In this document: positions 1-13,260 of the stretch, piece by piece
Position numbering within the stretch: the stretch's first letter is position 1
How the letters are laid out: the number at the start of each line of letters is the position of its first letter
Assembly (NCBI GenBank): GCA_028534125.1
Contig: CM052816.1
Location: 62,001 to 126,000 of the forward strand
Length of the DNA: 64,000 nt
Direction of reading: 5' to 3'
Origin: Lama glama
Lineage: Eukaryota
Notes under the pieces: generated by a model
The model's input: only the letters and a program-made list of their open reading frames with translations
Database searches by the model: none
What the model was told of the DNA's origin: nothing
Program-made: the position numbers and the translations under genes

Positions 1-1825
1 GCAAAGTTTCTGCAGAAAAATCATCTTATAGCCTTATTGTAATTCCCTTGTATATGATCCTATTTTTCTCTTGCTGCCTTTAAAACTCTCTCTTTCACTT
101 TTGCCAATTTAATTATGATTTTTCTCAGTGTGGTTCTGTTTGAGTTCATCCTCTTTAAGACTCTCTGTACACCCTGTACCTGAAATATGTGTTTCCTTCT
201 TCAGGCTTGGGAATATTTCATAATTTTATAAATACATTGTCTGATGTCTTCTCTCTGTCTTCTCTTTCTGAGACCCCTATAATGTGAATGTTACTATGCT
301 TGGTGTTATCCCAAAGATTCCTTAAACTGCCTTCATTTTTATTTGCTTTTCTTTTTGCTGTTCTTACTGGGTGATTTTCATTATTCTGTCTTCCAGATCA
401 CTGGTACCTTCTTCTCTATCACCTAGTCTGCTGTTCATTCCTTCTAATGGGTTTTGTTTTTATTTCAGTTATTGTATTTTTCAGTTCTGATTGATTCTTT
501 TTTTATATTTTCTATTCCTTATTAAAATTCTCACTGTGTTAATTTATTTTTCCCTAACTCAGTCATCATTCTTATTACTAATGCTGTGAATCTTTATCTG
601 GTAATTTTTTTTCTGTTTCATTAGTTTTTTTTCAGGGGTTTTCTGTTGCTCTTTCAACTGAGACAAATTTGTTCCTCTGTCTTCTCATTTTTTTTTTCTC
701 TGTCTCTATGAAGTTAAGTGACACAGTTACCTATGGTGGTCTTGAAGGATCCCTATACAGTCTGTGTGTGCCCATTGTCTTTAGTGGGAGAGCTGGATTT
801 GACATGAACACAAGTCATGTCTTTCCTCAGCGTGTGTTTAAAGCTATCACCTTAGTAGGAGATTTGGCTCAAGTTAGAGGGGTTAGGGCTGGAGCCAAGT
901 GTGAGGTGGGGCTTCCTCTCTGCTCAGTGGCTGTCACCACCATATCAGGAATGGGTCAGGTCTCAAGTTGCTAGAGCAGAAGACCTGAGGGTTGGGTCCT
1001 AGCTGGATCAGTTTCTTTTAAGTGTGTGACCTTTCCCCTCCCCACACCAGTACTCTTGCCACAGAGGGGAGCACTGCTGGAGCAAGAAGGGTAGATGTAG
1101 GTATTTAGCAAAGGTCAAGACATAGGCTGTGGTGGTCTGGGCACCCTTAGAAATCCATGTGTGTAATCACCAGTAATGATTGCCCTCTCCCTGTTCAGAC
1201 ACTGTTTAGGGTTTCTTCAGCTACCTCAGCATCTTACAGCTGACTGAGCTCTTTCCTTGGTCATAGTAGCCCTTGCTCCAGTGTGGAGCTGTGACATGAG
1301 GAACTCAGTGCTGGAACATTCATTTGGTTCGGGCTGGGGCATGCATGAGGGTGGTTGTGGGTAACAAGTTACCCACCTGCACACTTTCTATCTCAATCTT
1401 CCTTCTCTGCCCTGCTTTGGGAGCAAGTAAGTGCCTGTACAACCTTCATAAATGGAGTGCTGGCTTCCCACTGCCCTCCGGTTAGTCCTACTAGCCCTCC
1501 AACCAGCCAAGGGGGTTCATCTTCCCTTTGTTGTACCCCTGGGCTCAGGTACCCAATTTGTGGCTCAAACCCTTCACTCCCCAGGGAGAGTCTCCACCTT
1601 TTCTTCTAAGTCCTTCCTAGGGTCACAGGTCCTGACCTGATCAGTTCTCTTCCTTTCTCATCTGATTCTGTGTGGCTCTTTCTTACAGCCTTCATTATAC
1701 AGGAGTTTTTCTGCTTGCCTCCAGTTAATTTTCAGTAAGGATTTTCCCCCATGTAGGTGTATTTTTTGATGTGTCCATGGCAGGAAGTGACTTCCATGTC
1801 CTCCTACTCTGCCATCCTGGTTTCT
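1..1825 (-). mobile_element. L1 5' portion (5'UTR plus decayed ORF1), antisense to the protease gene
   Basis: T-rich antisense ORF1-like text at 1-720. The minus strand near 1820 reads AGGATGGCAGAGTAGGAGGACATGGAAGTCACTTCC, resembling a mammalian L1 5' terminus. Confidence 0.75.
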
Positions 1826-2429
1826 CTTCAGGGCTGTTTTTCTTCTGGTTCTCAGTCATGGTATATGGCCTCAAGTTTTGGATCATCTTTGTTTATGTGC
1901 TGGAAAGATATTTAAGTGTTACTTTTAGAAATAATTTAAGGCTAAAAGTGATATTATCATTATTCTAAGAGGAATTTTGCTTGCTTCTGCTAGGTACAGT
2001 GTGCACTGTTAGTCTGGAGCTACCGTACATGAAGTTCAGTTTTGAGGTTTTCTGAACCACCTGTGTGATTCAAGGCTGGGCAGCTGTCCTATTGCTGATT
2101 CACTCCTAGGGTGAATCCCTTCTTATTTCAGTCCAAAGCAGGTGTAGTTTGCCATGGTCTACACCCTTGGTGAATCCTGGTCTCCTACTTTTGTTTCCCT
2201 AATTGCAAATTACTGTCAGAAATGACACAAAATCACTTAGCTGCCATTTCTGAAGGCCATAAATAGCCTTGAATGCTTAACTTACCTCTGAATCTCCTTG
2301 CGCCCCTGGATCTGGTGGTTCATCACCATGTTTTAGATATTTTCAGCTTCTATGAAGATACCTTTCTATTTTGCCATGAATTTTAGTTCTCTCCATCAAG
2401 TTGCCTCCATTGTTTGCTATTATTGGAAA

Positions 2430-3190
2430 CATCCACATTTTAAACCAAATGTTTTAAATTCTTTTCCTTGTCTTCTACATTTATTTTTTGTACAAAGTAT
2501 AAAGTAGAGTTCTTATTTTACTCTTCCTCTTGTGGGTAGCCACTTTTCCAAGAACTTCTTATTGAATAACTCTTCCTCTCCCTACTGATTTCCCGTGCTA
2601 TCTCAGTTATGTATCAAAGGTCCATATTCATAGGCTTTAATCTTGGGCTCAGTTATCAATTATCCATTACCAATCTATTTTTTTCCTATATATGCACCAC
2701 TGAATTTTAATTATTATAGCATCATAATATGATGTGGTATTTATCTGCCAAATTATTCTTGGGCCTTATCCTTCCAAATGAATTATACATTTTAAAACAA
2801 GTTTATAATGTACATTTTAAAATTATGTCAGAATTTTGATTAGAATTTTATTAAATCTGTAGATTGATTTGAAGATAATTATATTTATGACATCAAGCTT
2901 TCATATCCATGAACACTGGATATCTCACCATTGATTTGTTTTTAACATCTCAAAATTTTTGATAATTTATCTCTCCTTTGTTGGTTTATTCAAAATACTT
3001 GAATATTTTTGTTGTATGTTAAATGTGGTCACCTTTTAAAATTTGTGTCCCAGATGTTTGTTGCTTATATACATATATATATACACAAGATTGTTTATAT
3101 TTGTTCTTCAATCCAGCCAATTTTCTAAATTCTTCTACCACTAGAATAACTTGTCTTTAGATTCTTCTGGGTTTTCAGTGTGGAAAACTA
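2430..3190 (-). mobile_element. old L1 ORF2 fragments
   Basis: Antisense ORF2-type phrases such as ttcatatccatgaacactggatatctc and ctgtagattgatttg. Confidence 0.65.
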
Positions 3191-3334
3191 GGCCATGACA
3201 CACTTATTTGTCATACGACACTCTCTTCCACTCCTTTGCCTTTGATTTTCTTAGTTAATTTATTGCAGGAATGGAATGATAGAAATAATAGAACCATTAT
3301 TAGAATAATAATCCCAATAATAGAATAAAAAGAA

Positions 3335-3510
3335 GCAGCTCATTTCAACAGAGAAGACATTTAATAATGGTCATTATAAATACATGACTAAAACTCTTAG
3401 TAAAGTGGAAACAGAAGGGAAATTTCCTAATTTGATGGAGAGTAACCCCCCAAAAACCAACAACAAAGCCTGAAGCAAACATTATTATAATTGAGGAGGA
3501 GTTTTGAGCA
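3335..3510 (+). mobile_element. L1 ORF2 reverse-transcriptase fragment
   Basis: Decayed equivalent of ISIDAEKAFDKIQHPFMIKTL..LGIEGNFLNLI..P.ANII (aaaactcttagtaaagtggaaacagaagggaaatttcctaatttgat...agcaaacattattataat). Confidence 0.75.
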
Positions 3511-3925
3511 TTCATTATAAAAGCAGGATGGGAAAGTGTGCTTTCATAGCTCTGTTTAACACTGGGAAGAAGCTAAGGTCTTCACTCTAAAATCAGGGAT
3601 AGTGAGAGTGCTGCCACTATTCTATCTGACACTGGGGAGAAGCTCAAAGTATTCACTCTAAAATCAGGAATAGGAAAGGGTGCTATCACCATATAGGACA
3701 ATGGGGGAGAAACTAGGAGCATTCACTCTTAAATCAAGAATAGGAAGAATGCTATCATTGTTTTATTTGACATTGAGGAGAAGCTAGGAACATTCACTTT
3801 AAAATTGAAAATGGAAAAGGACTCTATCACCCCGTTCTATTTGACATTGGGAAGAAGCTAGGGCATTCACTCTGAAATTGGCAATAGGAATGGGTACTAT
3901 CACCAGTCTATCTCACATTGCTTTG
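3505..3925 (+). repeat. degenerate tandem repeat, 6 copies of ~70-73 bp, derived from L1 ORF2
   Basis: The anchor ttcactctaaaatcagg or a variant recurs at 3511, 3581, 3652, 3722, 3793 and 3866. Confidence 0.85.
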
Positions 3926-6199
3926 GAGCGCCTCACCTGGCTCTACTCAGCACTGATCCCTGTCAACTTCAGCCATAATTGTTGCTATGCTTGATAGTGA
4001 GTTCATTTTTGAGAAGTGAGGATTTAAGCACCTTCGTCTCCACCATGAAACATGAGTGTGTGGGTAAGCCTTGGCACATGAATGCATGTTACCTTAACAT
4101 GCCTTACGTCCTTCACTCTCAATGATGAGTACTCCTGGTTTGTTGGTTGCACCTCATGTTTTCCACAGGGGCTTGGAGAAATAAAAGGAAGTGTTATCTT
4201 GTCTGTTAGCCCTGAGCTCTTTTTCCAACAGGCATAAATTCAGAATTTTTCTAGGAGACTGGAATTCACATGTATCCTGTTGCTCTTTGTAGCAGTTTTT
4301 GTAGTCTTCACCTAAGAAGAGTCCAAGGTAACATGCTATGTCCCAAGATAACAGGGAAAGGGTTTCTTGTGATGTGAGTGCCACCAAATAGTACAGATGT
4401 TTTGTGGCAGAAATGAGAGGTGAAAGCTAATGATCGTGAAGAGGTTTAGCTCTTAAGGGACTGTTTTTGCCAGATAGTAGCTTGCTTTGGGGGTCTAAGT
4501 ATGGGATGCTGGTCATTGGCCCCAGGAATACAACTCCACACTCTGGTCTGGATTATGGAAAAGCCTCTGGAGGGGTTTACCTGGAGCAAGGAAGCACAAG
4601 CAGAAAGGCCACTGTCCTGAGGCCTAGAGCTAATGAGAGTAGCCCAGGCTACAAAATCACGATGACCCAAGGGTGTGGGAACTGCAGCCATGGGCAACCC
4701 TGGACTGTTGTTCTGTGGCAAAAGGGCTTCCAAGTGTCCTCTCTTCCTCAGTTCTCCTTTGGGATTTCTAGCTCTGCAGGATAGTGTTGGTGAACACTGC
4801 ATGCAGAGAAACATAACCCCTAGACTCTGTGGGTCGGTTAGATGAGGTGAGGAGAGGTGAGACATGTACCTAGGACAGGAATATATGGAAAGTGACATCT
4901 CATACACTGGCTAGATCCAGACCTTGGTTGGTTTCCAGCATAGCATCACTGAGCACTTGGCCATGAAATCCTGGAGACTGAGCTGTGGGTGTGGGAGATA
5001 GGAAAGCCCAATTCTTTTCCAGCTCAAAGCAAACTCCTTCTTTCTCCTCTGGGTGCTGTACCTATAGAAAATAACTACAAATTGGAATGATAATCTGGGC
5101 CAAATTGCTCAAGGATTAAATGGAAACATGCTATATCCATATGTTTCTTCAGTGTTGCCAGCCATATTGAATGGGTCAGTATGACTGCAAGAGTTGTGGC
5201 CCTACCCATCTATTTCACCCAACCCACTAAGAACACAGGCCTTGGCTCTGCGGGCAAATTCAGCACCCAGTGACTGCATTTGTCTCTTCACCATGATGTG
5301 AAGGGCTCATTCACCTTCCACAAGACCTTCCTTCCCAGGTTTCTTCCCCATCCCTTTCTTGTCCTTGTCTTTTCAAATAATATTGGCTTTCTTCTCCAAG
5401 TTGCTGTTTGTTTTCTGTCAATCTCACGGACTGTCTGAGGAGTCAGTGCCATCCATAAGAGTGAGTGTTCCAGCCTTGGGGTCTGGGGAGGGATTGAAAG
5501 AGAGAGAGAGAGTTCAAGGTTTCAGACACACCTGAAAGTAGGGCATGGGTCTGGAAAGCCTTAAAGGGCAGTGGTCCTGAAGCCCACTAGTGGGACTGGA
5601 AGTAAGAGAGAAGAGTTTTTACTTCATGATAATTACCCCTGAGGTACTGCTAGATTCCTTAAAGTTTTACAAAATGAGAGACACTAGGATTTCTGTATTT
5701 GACTTTGTACGACCAGGACTCCATGATTCCTTAGCATACGCATGAATAGGGTCTATATATGTATCCACAGGAACCTTGTGAGAACCCAGTAATGCAGCTT
5801 GAAATGAGAAGAGGAGGTCTGTGCAGCAAACCTTTTAAATGACGCCACTAATGTGTTGAAATGACAGAACTGATTTCCCTCTCAATTTAAAAGGTGAAAC
5901 ACAGATGCATTTTCTCTTCCCATTGAAAGGATGAAAGAAGAATCAAAGTTGCATCACTATAGAAATAAAGTGACTGCTGCTACATTAAATGTACAATGTA
6001 TTTCTCATTAAAACACTTTAAAATGGGAATTAATGGATGCATAATATTCATCATGTTGTTAAGAGAAAATTCCAGATGCGTTCCCCATAAAGTAATTCCA
6101 CTGTATAACCCTGTTATGAAATTAATAGCCCAACATTAAACAGAAGAGAATAATCTGAGGAATTGGGAAAAATGGTTTTAAGCTGTCCCTTGCTGATAA

Positions 6200-6425
6200 T
6201 TTTTTTAACATTTTTTATTGATTTATAATCATTTTACAATGTTGTGTCGAATTCCAGTGTCCAGCACAATTTTTCAGTCACACATGGACATATACACACT
6301 CATTGTCACATTTTTTTCTCTGTGAGCTACCATAACAATTTGTGTATATTTCCCTGTGCTATACAGTATAATCTTGTTTATCTATTCTACAATTTTGAAA
6401 TCCCAGTCTATCCCTTCCCACCCTC
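6200..6425 (-). mobile_element. young camelid-type L1 3' end, cut by assembly gap
   Basis: Poly-T followed by the reverse complement of the elements at 15261-15587 and 37139-37597 (ccctgtgctatacagtataatcttgtttatctattc). Confidence 0.85.
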
Positions 6426-6925
6426 NNNNNNNNNNNNNNNNNNNNNNNNNNNNNNNNNNNNNNNNNNNNNNNNNNNNNNNNNNNNNNNNNNNNNNNNNNN
6501 NNNNNNNNNNNNNNNNNNNNNNNNNNNNNNNNNNNNNNNNNNNNNNNNNNNNNNNNNNNNNNNNNNNNNNNNNNNNNNNNNNNNNNNNNNNNNNNNNNNN
6601 NNNNNNNNNNNNNNNNNNNNNNNNNNNNNNNNNNNNNNNNNNNNNNNNNNNNNNNNNNNNNNNNNNNNNNNNNNNNNNNNNNNNNNNNNNNNNNNNNNNN
6701 NNNNNNNNNNNNNNNNNNNNNNNNNNNNNNNNNNNNNNNNNNNNNNNNNNNNNNNNNNNNNNNNNNNNNNNNNNNNNNNNNNNNNNNNNNNNNNNNNNNN
6801 NNNNNNNNNNNNNNNNNNNNNNNNNNNNNNNNNNNNNNNNNNNNNNNNNNNNNNNNNNNNNNNNNNNNNNNNNNNNNNNNNNNNNNNNNNNNNNNNNNNN
6901 NNNNNNNNNNNNNNNNNNNNNNNNN
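6426..6925. other. assembly gap (500 N)
   Basis: Run of N. Confidence 1.
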
Positions 6926-8550
6926 ATATGCAAATATTCTCTGCTAGACTATGGCCTGTTTTTAAAATTTCTTAATAGTGTCTTTGGATTGGAAAAAGTT
7001 TTAAATTTTTGACAAGGTCCAATTTATTACATTTTTTTCTGTTTTATATGTAGGATATTTTATATCCTATTTATGAAGATTTGCTTATTATAAGTTCATG
7101 AAAATAATTTTTTCCATTTATCCTAGAAGCACTGTGAATTTAACTTTTACACTTAGTTATAAGATCCATCTAAAATTAATTTTTGCATGTAATACGAGTC
7201 AAAAACCAAGGTTCACTTTTTTCCATATTAAGAGGCACTTGCTGTAGCACCATTTGTCAAGAAAACCTCCTTTTCCCGCTGACCTGTATTGGCACTTTAT
7301 CAAACATCCTGTGACCACAGGTGTGTGGATCTACTTCCAGGCTTACTCTTCTGCCCCTTGGATTTCTCCAATTCAACAGTGCTGTACTTACCATAGCTTT
7401 ATAATGAGTCTGGTCTTGTACATCCTCCACAGTTGTTTCTCCTCTTCAAGATCATCATGGGCATTCCGGATCCTTTGCATTTCCATTGGCCTATCTTCAA
7501 GTTCATTTATTCTTTCTTTTGCCTGTTCCAATCTGCCTTTGAATCCATCTAGTGAACTTTTCACTTCTGTCATTATTTTTTTCAGCTCCAGCTTTCCTTT
7601 TTTTGTTTGTTTTTATATTTGTCTATCTCTGTTGATAGTTCCGTTTTGCTCACACATTATTTTCTTGACTTTCTCTTCTTTAGAGCATCTTTACGATTAT
7701 GTTTTAAAGTTTATTTAATATAGCTGCCATTACGCCCTTTCAGGGACATAGTCTATTAATTATATTTTTATTCTGATTGAGCCATTTCCTGTTTCTCTGT
7801 ATGACTTATTTTTGGTCAAACATTGGACATTTTAATCTAATAATGTGGTAACTGTGGAAATCGGATTATCCCCCTTCCCCAGGGTTTTCTGGGGGTTTTT
7901 TTAGAAGCATGTGTTATTGATTGTTGCAAGCTGTCTGTGTGCTGAGGACCGGCCTGAGGTGTAAACTTGAGGTCTTCTTATGTCTTTTCTAAGCCTTTAC
8001 CTGGGCATAAATGGTTACTTTCTAATTTCCCCCCATATATTCAGTTGCTTTTGATTGTCTTAGTCTTTAATATCTGGATCCTAAATGGAGAAAAGTGAAA
8101 AATGAAGAAGGAAAGAAGCTCTGGCCCTATAAATCCCTTAAAAATTACTTCAGCTGAAGGGGAGGTGCTTGTGACAATGGGGGGAGGTGCAACAAAAATG
8201 GCTGGCCCTTTCTTTTTCTCTGCCTCTGTAATCAGAACATGCAATCAGCAATCAAAGCACAGGTCCCCAGTATATGGAGGACAGGGTCCTCTTTGCTCAC
8301 CCTGGCTCACGCATGCTGTGTGCAAGCTCTCCAGGAATATATGCACAGCTGCCTGTCCCAGGGGTGGGGTTGGGTAGCTGCTACTGTGCTGAGAGCTGAA
8401 ACTGACTGAAGCTGACTGCAGTTTATCCTCCAAGCCTTCAACAGATTCTAGAGTTCCAAACCAGTTACATCAGATAAATTCTGTCAGTGCAGTTGTTTTC
8501 CTGGTTGGAGATAGATTCCCAGTGCTTTCTGCTTGGCCATCTCTCAGGAT
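6926..8550 (-). mobile_element. old L1 fragments (ORF2 piece, then ORF1 coiled-coil and 5'UTR)
   Basis: Minus-strand ORF 7388-7573 (EVKSSLDGFKGRLEQAKERINELEDR) is an L1 ORF1 coiled coil. An L1M-type 5' terminus lies near 8460-8545. Confidence 0.8.
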
Positions 8551-9149
8551 CCTCCCCACAAATCTTTCACAGACAATCGTGGCATATACATGGATTCCAG
8601 GGTATAGAATCCATCGCCTCTCAGGAACTGAGGCCACAGATTGGGAAGACTGCACCTAAATAAAAGAATGGCACGTTCCACTCTCTCCTAGCTGGAAACT
8701 GCCTTTATGTATCTTCCTATCCTCTATGAGACCCTGGAACTAACTCACCCTTCAAACAAGATTCAACCACAAGGTTATGGCCCTCTGTTGGCAAAACTCA
8801 GTGAGAGAACCACTGCAAGAAAATGATCTTAGGATGCACAAATCGATGAAATTAGTCCAGATAATCCTAAGGTCACCTAATGCAGTTTTGCAGTTTCCCA
8901 GTCAAGAAATGGAAACCAAAATTAACTGGAAAGTAGCCTCATCTTTATTGGATCACTTAGGTAAGTTGGGTTCCAACTACAATATAATACATATTTCTTC
9001 TTCATTTTCCTCTTCTCCTATTCCACACTAGCAAATCCCTGAAAATTACCCAAAAAAGACCTCTCTGACACTCAGCTCACAAGAACACCCTGTCTCCTAC
9101 TCACTCAGCTCTTCACTGAATGTTCTTCGGTGAGCTTCTCTGGTCTTTT

Positions 9150-11600
9150 TTTTTTTTCCAACTTTTAGAATTGTCTCTTTTTCTATGTAAATATTCATGA
9201 AATACTCAAATCACTACATTGAACATTTTCATCATCTCAGAAATTTCTCTTTACTGTTTTGCAGCCAAAGTCTCTGTCTCTCTCTCTTCTAAGGTAACTA
9301 TTGTTCTGTTTTCTGTCCCCATTAATTAGTTTTATGTTTTTGGACCTCATATAAATGTAATGATAGTGATATTTTTTGTCTTGTATTTTTACTCAATATA
9401 GTCTATAAGATTTGTTCATGTTTTACATGTATCATTAGCTCCTTTTTATTTATTGTTGAGGAATATGTAATCGCATGAACACCAAGGACTCATTTGTCTG
9501 TTTTTCTGTTGACTTACATTTGGGTTGTTTCAGTTTTGGGCTATTGTGGATAAAGCTCTTATGAACATTATCTAACAACTCTCTTTGCACACGAACTTTC
9601 TTTGCTCTTGGGTGCATACATGACAGTGGGTTTACCTATTCATGAAGTTCTGAGAAACCGCAAGGGATTTTCCAAAGTGCATTTACAATTTTTCACTCTC
9701 ACCAGCGATGAATAAGAGTAACAGGTCTGTTTGTCTGAAGGAGTCTTTATTTTACCTCATTCTTGAAAGATAATGTCACTAGATACAGAATTTTGGGTAG
9801 AAAGTTTTCGGGGACGGGTGTTGCTTTTGTTTTAGTTTTTGCAAGAGGCAGTTTTATTTTCTTCTGTCTTGCAGAGTCTGTGATTAGAAATTTACTGTAA
9901 CTCTTTTCCTTGATCTTTGTTTTGCATCCATTTAACTATAATGCTTCCAAGTGCCTGGGTATCTGCTTGTTTTATTCTGACCTAGGGTTCTCTGAGCTTC
10001 TTGTATGTGTGGTTGTCATAGTGTTTAACTTTGGAAATTTCTTGGCCATTATATCTTCACATATTTCTTCTGCCCTGTACTCTCTTCTAATTCCACATGT
10101 GTTACGCTGTTTGCTGTTGTCCCACAGCTTAAGTGCTCTGTTCTGCTTAATTCCCCACTCTTTTCCTTTTGTGTTTCAGCATGGATAATATCCATTGACT
10201 TATCTCCACATTCACTGATTCTTTCCTCATTTGTGTCTGCTGATAACATCCATTGAAGGCATTTTTCTGTTTCCAATGTGTGTGTTTCTGGCATTTTCAA
10301 TTGATTCTTCTTTTACAGTTTCCATATATCTACTTAAATTCTTCATTTTCCACACATGTTGTTTACTTCTTAATAATTTCTTTAGCACACTAATCATAGC
10401 TATTTTTTAAGTTTCTTTCAGGTACTTCTATCATTTCAGTCATCCCTGGGTCTAACTCTGGTCATTGTTTCATCTCTTAACAATGGGTCCTGTGTTTTAT
10501 CCCCCTCCCCATCTTTGTATGTGTATGTGCGTATGCATGTGAATGTGTGTGTATGTATATCTTCTTTTTTGGTTGAATGCCAGACATTATAGAAGAATAT
10601 TTAAGACTAAAGTCTTTGTTCCCCAAAATAGGCCTTCCTCTTTTTCTGCCCGACCGGTAGTAGCATGGGGCAGGGCTGATTCAGGCTAGCAAGAACTTGA
10701 GCTGGGCCGTGGATTCTGTTGTTCTCTAGCTGGCTTCAGTGCACCAAAGGCTTCAGGGCCCTCCGTGGTGCAATATTGTGCTCCGTGTGAGGCCTGGGGT
10801 GTTCCTCTGTTCCCATTCCACCCTTCACTTCAGCATCTTTGTACACCTGTGGCACGTTTTTGTTTGCCCTTCAGAAGAAAACTGCTGTTCTCGACAATCA
10901 TTACTAGACTGGTATGGGGGGAGGAGAAAACTTGGGTCCCCTGATCCAGCCTCAGTCTCAGGAGGAGCTCTGAGCCTTAGATTTGGAAACGGACCTCTGT
11001 GCACCACTGTTCTTCCTTCGGGGCAGCTAATCCCTGCTTTGTATCTGTGACGGCTCCTTAGAGGGTCTAAGCCCTGCCCCAAGTTAGCAGAACTCTGATG
11101 TTCCTGAAGTGGGTTTTTGGTACCAGAGGTTTTCCAGGGATATAGGGCTTGTTTCTACTCTTCCTTCAGAACAGTGCACTTGTGCCAGTCTCTGAGGGCA
11201 GGAGCATTTGCCCCCAACAACTGGTGGAAGGCTCTGCTCCGTATGTGAGAAGGGAAGCAAGCTGTGTTCTTGCAAGTCCTCAGTGGTGTGTGGCCATTCT
11301 CTGAACACCTGCACTGAGATGCTCTCTCTCTAGATCCCAGCTCTGCCCCCAGTATATCTCATGAGCTGCTAGTGGAAACCCAGGGGAAAGACCTACCAGT
11401 GAGTGTAAATCTCTTCTTGTCTAGTTTCCTGTCATTCTGAGCTGGCGCACTAGCACACAATTGAAGAACTCATTGAAATTAGAGCTCACTTCTCCCCTCC
11501 ATTTCTGTGTTACACTTCTTCCTATGAGCTCTGCCAAAGGTGAAACCACTTTGAGCTCATCATTTTGGCCCTCTGTCCGCCGGATTCCTTGTGGGCCTCA
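9150..11600 (-). mobile_element. old L1 fragments (3'UTR 9150-9720; ORF1/5' region 9720-11600)
   Basis: Antisense L1ME-type 3'UTR phrases (catttgggttgtttcagttttgggctatt). The minus-strand peptide DTNEERISECGDKSMDII is ORF1-like. Confidence 0.65.
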
Positions 11601-12745
11601 GCGTCCGTGTGAGCACGACATGGGTATTTTATCCCACCTCCACACTATCTCCACCCAATGCCTTGAGCTCCACAAGACGCTCCACTCTTGACCAGTTGGA
11701 ACTCAGCTTCCTAGCCCCATGTGAGCCCTGGGAACTGTGAAGTGTAACCTGGCCACTCTGCCCTCCCTGTGGAATTGTATACCCTGCACACATGGCTCAG
11801 GGTCCAACAGTTGACCGTGGCACTGAGGCGGCCTGTGTGCCCTCCGGGGCCCCTTCTCTTGGGAGCATCCTCCCCCTGGCACCCATCTTTGCAGATTACA
11901 GCTGCCTGAGCCCCTCTTCACCCTGCAGCCTGGGGTGTGTGTGCTCCGGGGAGGGTGACGGAGCCCTTGAAGACCTTGCCTCACTGTTCTATCTTCTCAG
12001 GGACCACAGCCCCGCCCCGCCTCATGTCCAACGGGAAAACAGTTGCGTCCTGTGTAGATGTGTTTACTGCTAGCTCATGGCAGAGGGGAGTCCATTCCCA
12101 GTTACCCCACTGTGGGCACCGTAGAAAGCCTCAGGCAGATTTTCAGCTGGCCGAGAGGTTCAAAGTATTTCCTAACTGGATTTTACTGGGTTATTTCCTC
12201 CAGTATTACCAGCCTTGAGTTTTTTTTTTACTTCTTCTATTGTTCTGCATTCTTATTTGCAAACATCTAATTCTTTCATGGCTTCTCTCCTGGTATTACC
12301 TTGTCATGCAGCCAGCAGCAACCACGAACACTGCTGGCGTTCTGCTCTCCATGGTCTTCCTGCAAGGTACAAGCTGTAAAATGGATTCCCCACGTACCGT
12401 AGGCTACACCTTCCCAAATATCCTCCCCCTTGGTACCCAGTCAGATGGGTCTTCAACCTGTGAGAACGGCTTCTTTCCAGTTAAAGCAGGCCCGTGGGGC
12501 CCGCTTACACGTTGGTCAGGGGCAAGGTATCTGAGACCAGTTACCATACCCTCTGGTGCAGACCAGGACAGATGGTGTGACAGCTCACAAACTCTGGAGC
12601 CTCTCCACGTCATCCACTCACTCTCACCCAGGGGCTCAGCTCACAGAGCTGCTTACATTTGAGCCACGGCACTGGGAATATGACAGTCTGAACCAGTTCC
12701 TGGTGTGAGAAGACCTTACGCTGGGCCCACCCTCTTTTGTGACAG

Positions 12746-12888
12746 GCGACACCTCAGACAAGCTGCAGGAGGTGCAGCAGCCTCTGGTCCCACTCCGCCT
12801 GTGCCAGCTGCTCTACGGAGATACGTCACACGTCCTGCCGGACATGCTGTGCGCTGGGGACCTCGGGGACGTGAAGACTGTGTGCGAG
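12746..12888 (+). CDS. PRSS38: serine protease 38, penultimate coding exon
   Basis: Acceptor cctcttttgtgacAG and donor GAG|GTgcga. The 143-nt exon (phase 1 to 0) translates (G)DTSDKLQEVQQPLVPLRLCQLLYGDTSHVLPDMLCAG DLGDVKTVCE, with the S1-family DMLCAG motif, and resembles recalled human PRSS38 (ETSDELQE...DMLCAG...KTVCE). The ORF track misses it. Confidence 0.9.
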
Positions 12889-13260
12889 GTGCGACCCACC
12901 GAGGGGGTGGGAGGCTAAGCCCAGGGATTTCGGATGTTCCGTCTGTGTTAAGTCACCTACTAGGTGGGTAGGTGGTCCCAGACAGCCCATTCCCTGCAGA
13001 GCTCAGAAGTATTATCTGCACGCAGCCATGGGTTGAGTAGGAGACCACAGGGTGGCTTATGTGCAGATGGAATGCAGGCCTCATTCAGGCCCAGTGGACC
13101 TCAGTGCAGCTGAGAGATGTCCCGGGCTCCACATCTGCTGGGGGCCATGCCTGGCACCCACCCTCCACCAAGTGAACACTGCTTGCGAGTTTTCCCCTCC
13201 CACTGGCAAGGCGGGGAAGCCCCAGACTACCAGTTTACACGAAACTCCTCTGTTTTCCAG

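Noticed and set aside
3505..3925. CRISPR-like appearance of the periodic repeat
   Set aside because: Whole units are homologous with no unique spacers, the context is mammalian, and the unit is L1-derived.
4150..5060. Resemblance of minus-strand translations to USP17 or Schlafen
   Set aside because: Only scattered 3-4 residue matches, with spacing incompatible with those proteins.
6244..7012. Long ORFs spanning the first gap
   Set aside because: Artefacts of 500 N translated as X.
13117..13260. N-terminal 48 aa of the 132-aa ORF 13117-13515
   Set aside because: Intronic read-through: protease homology starts exactly at the acceptor at 13261.
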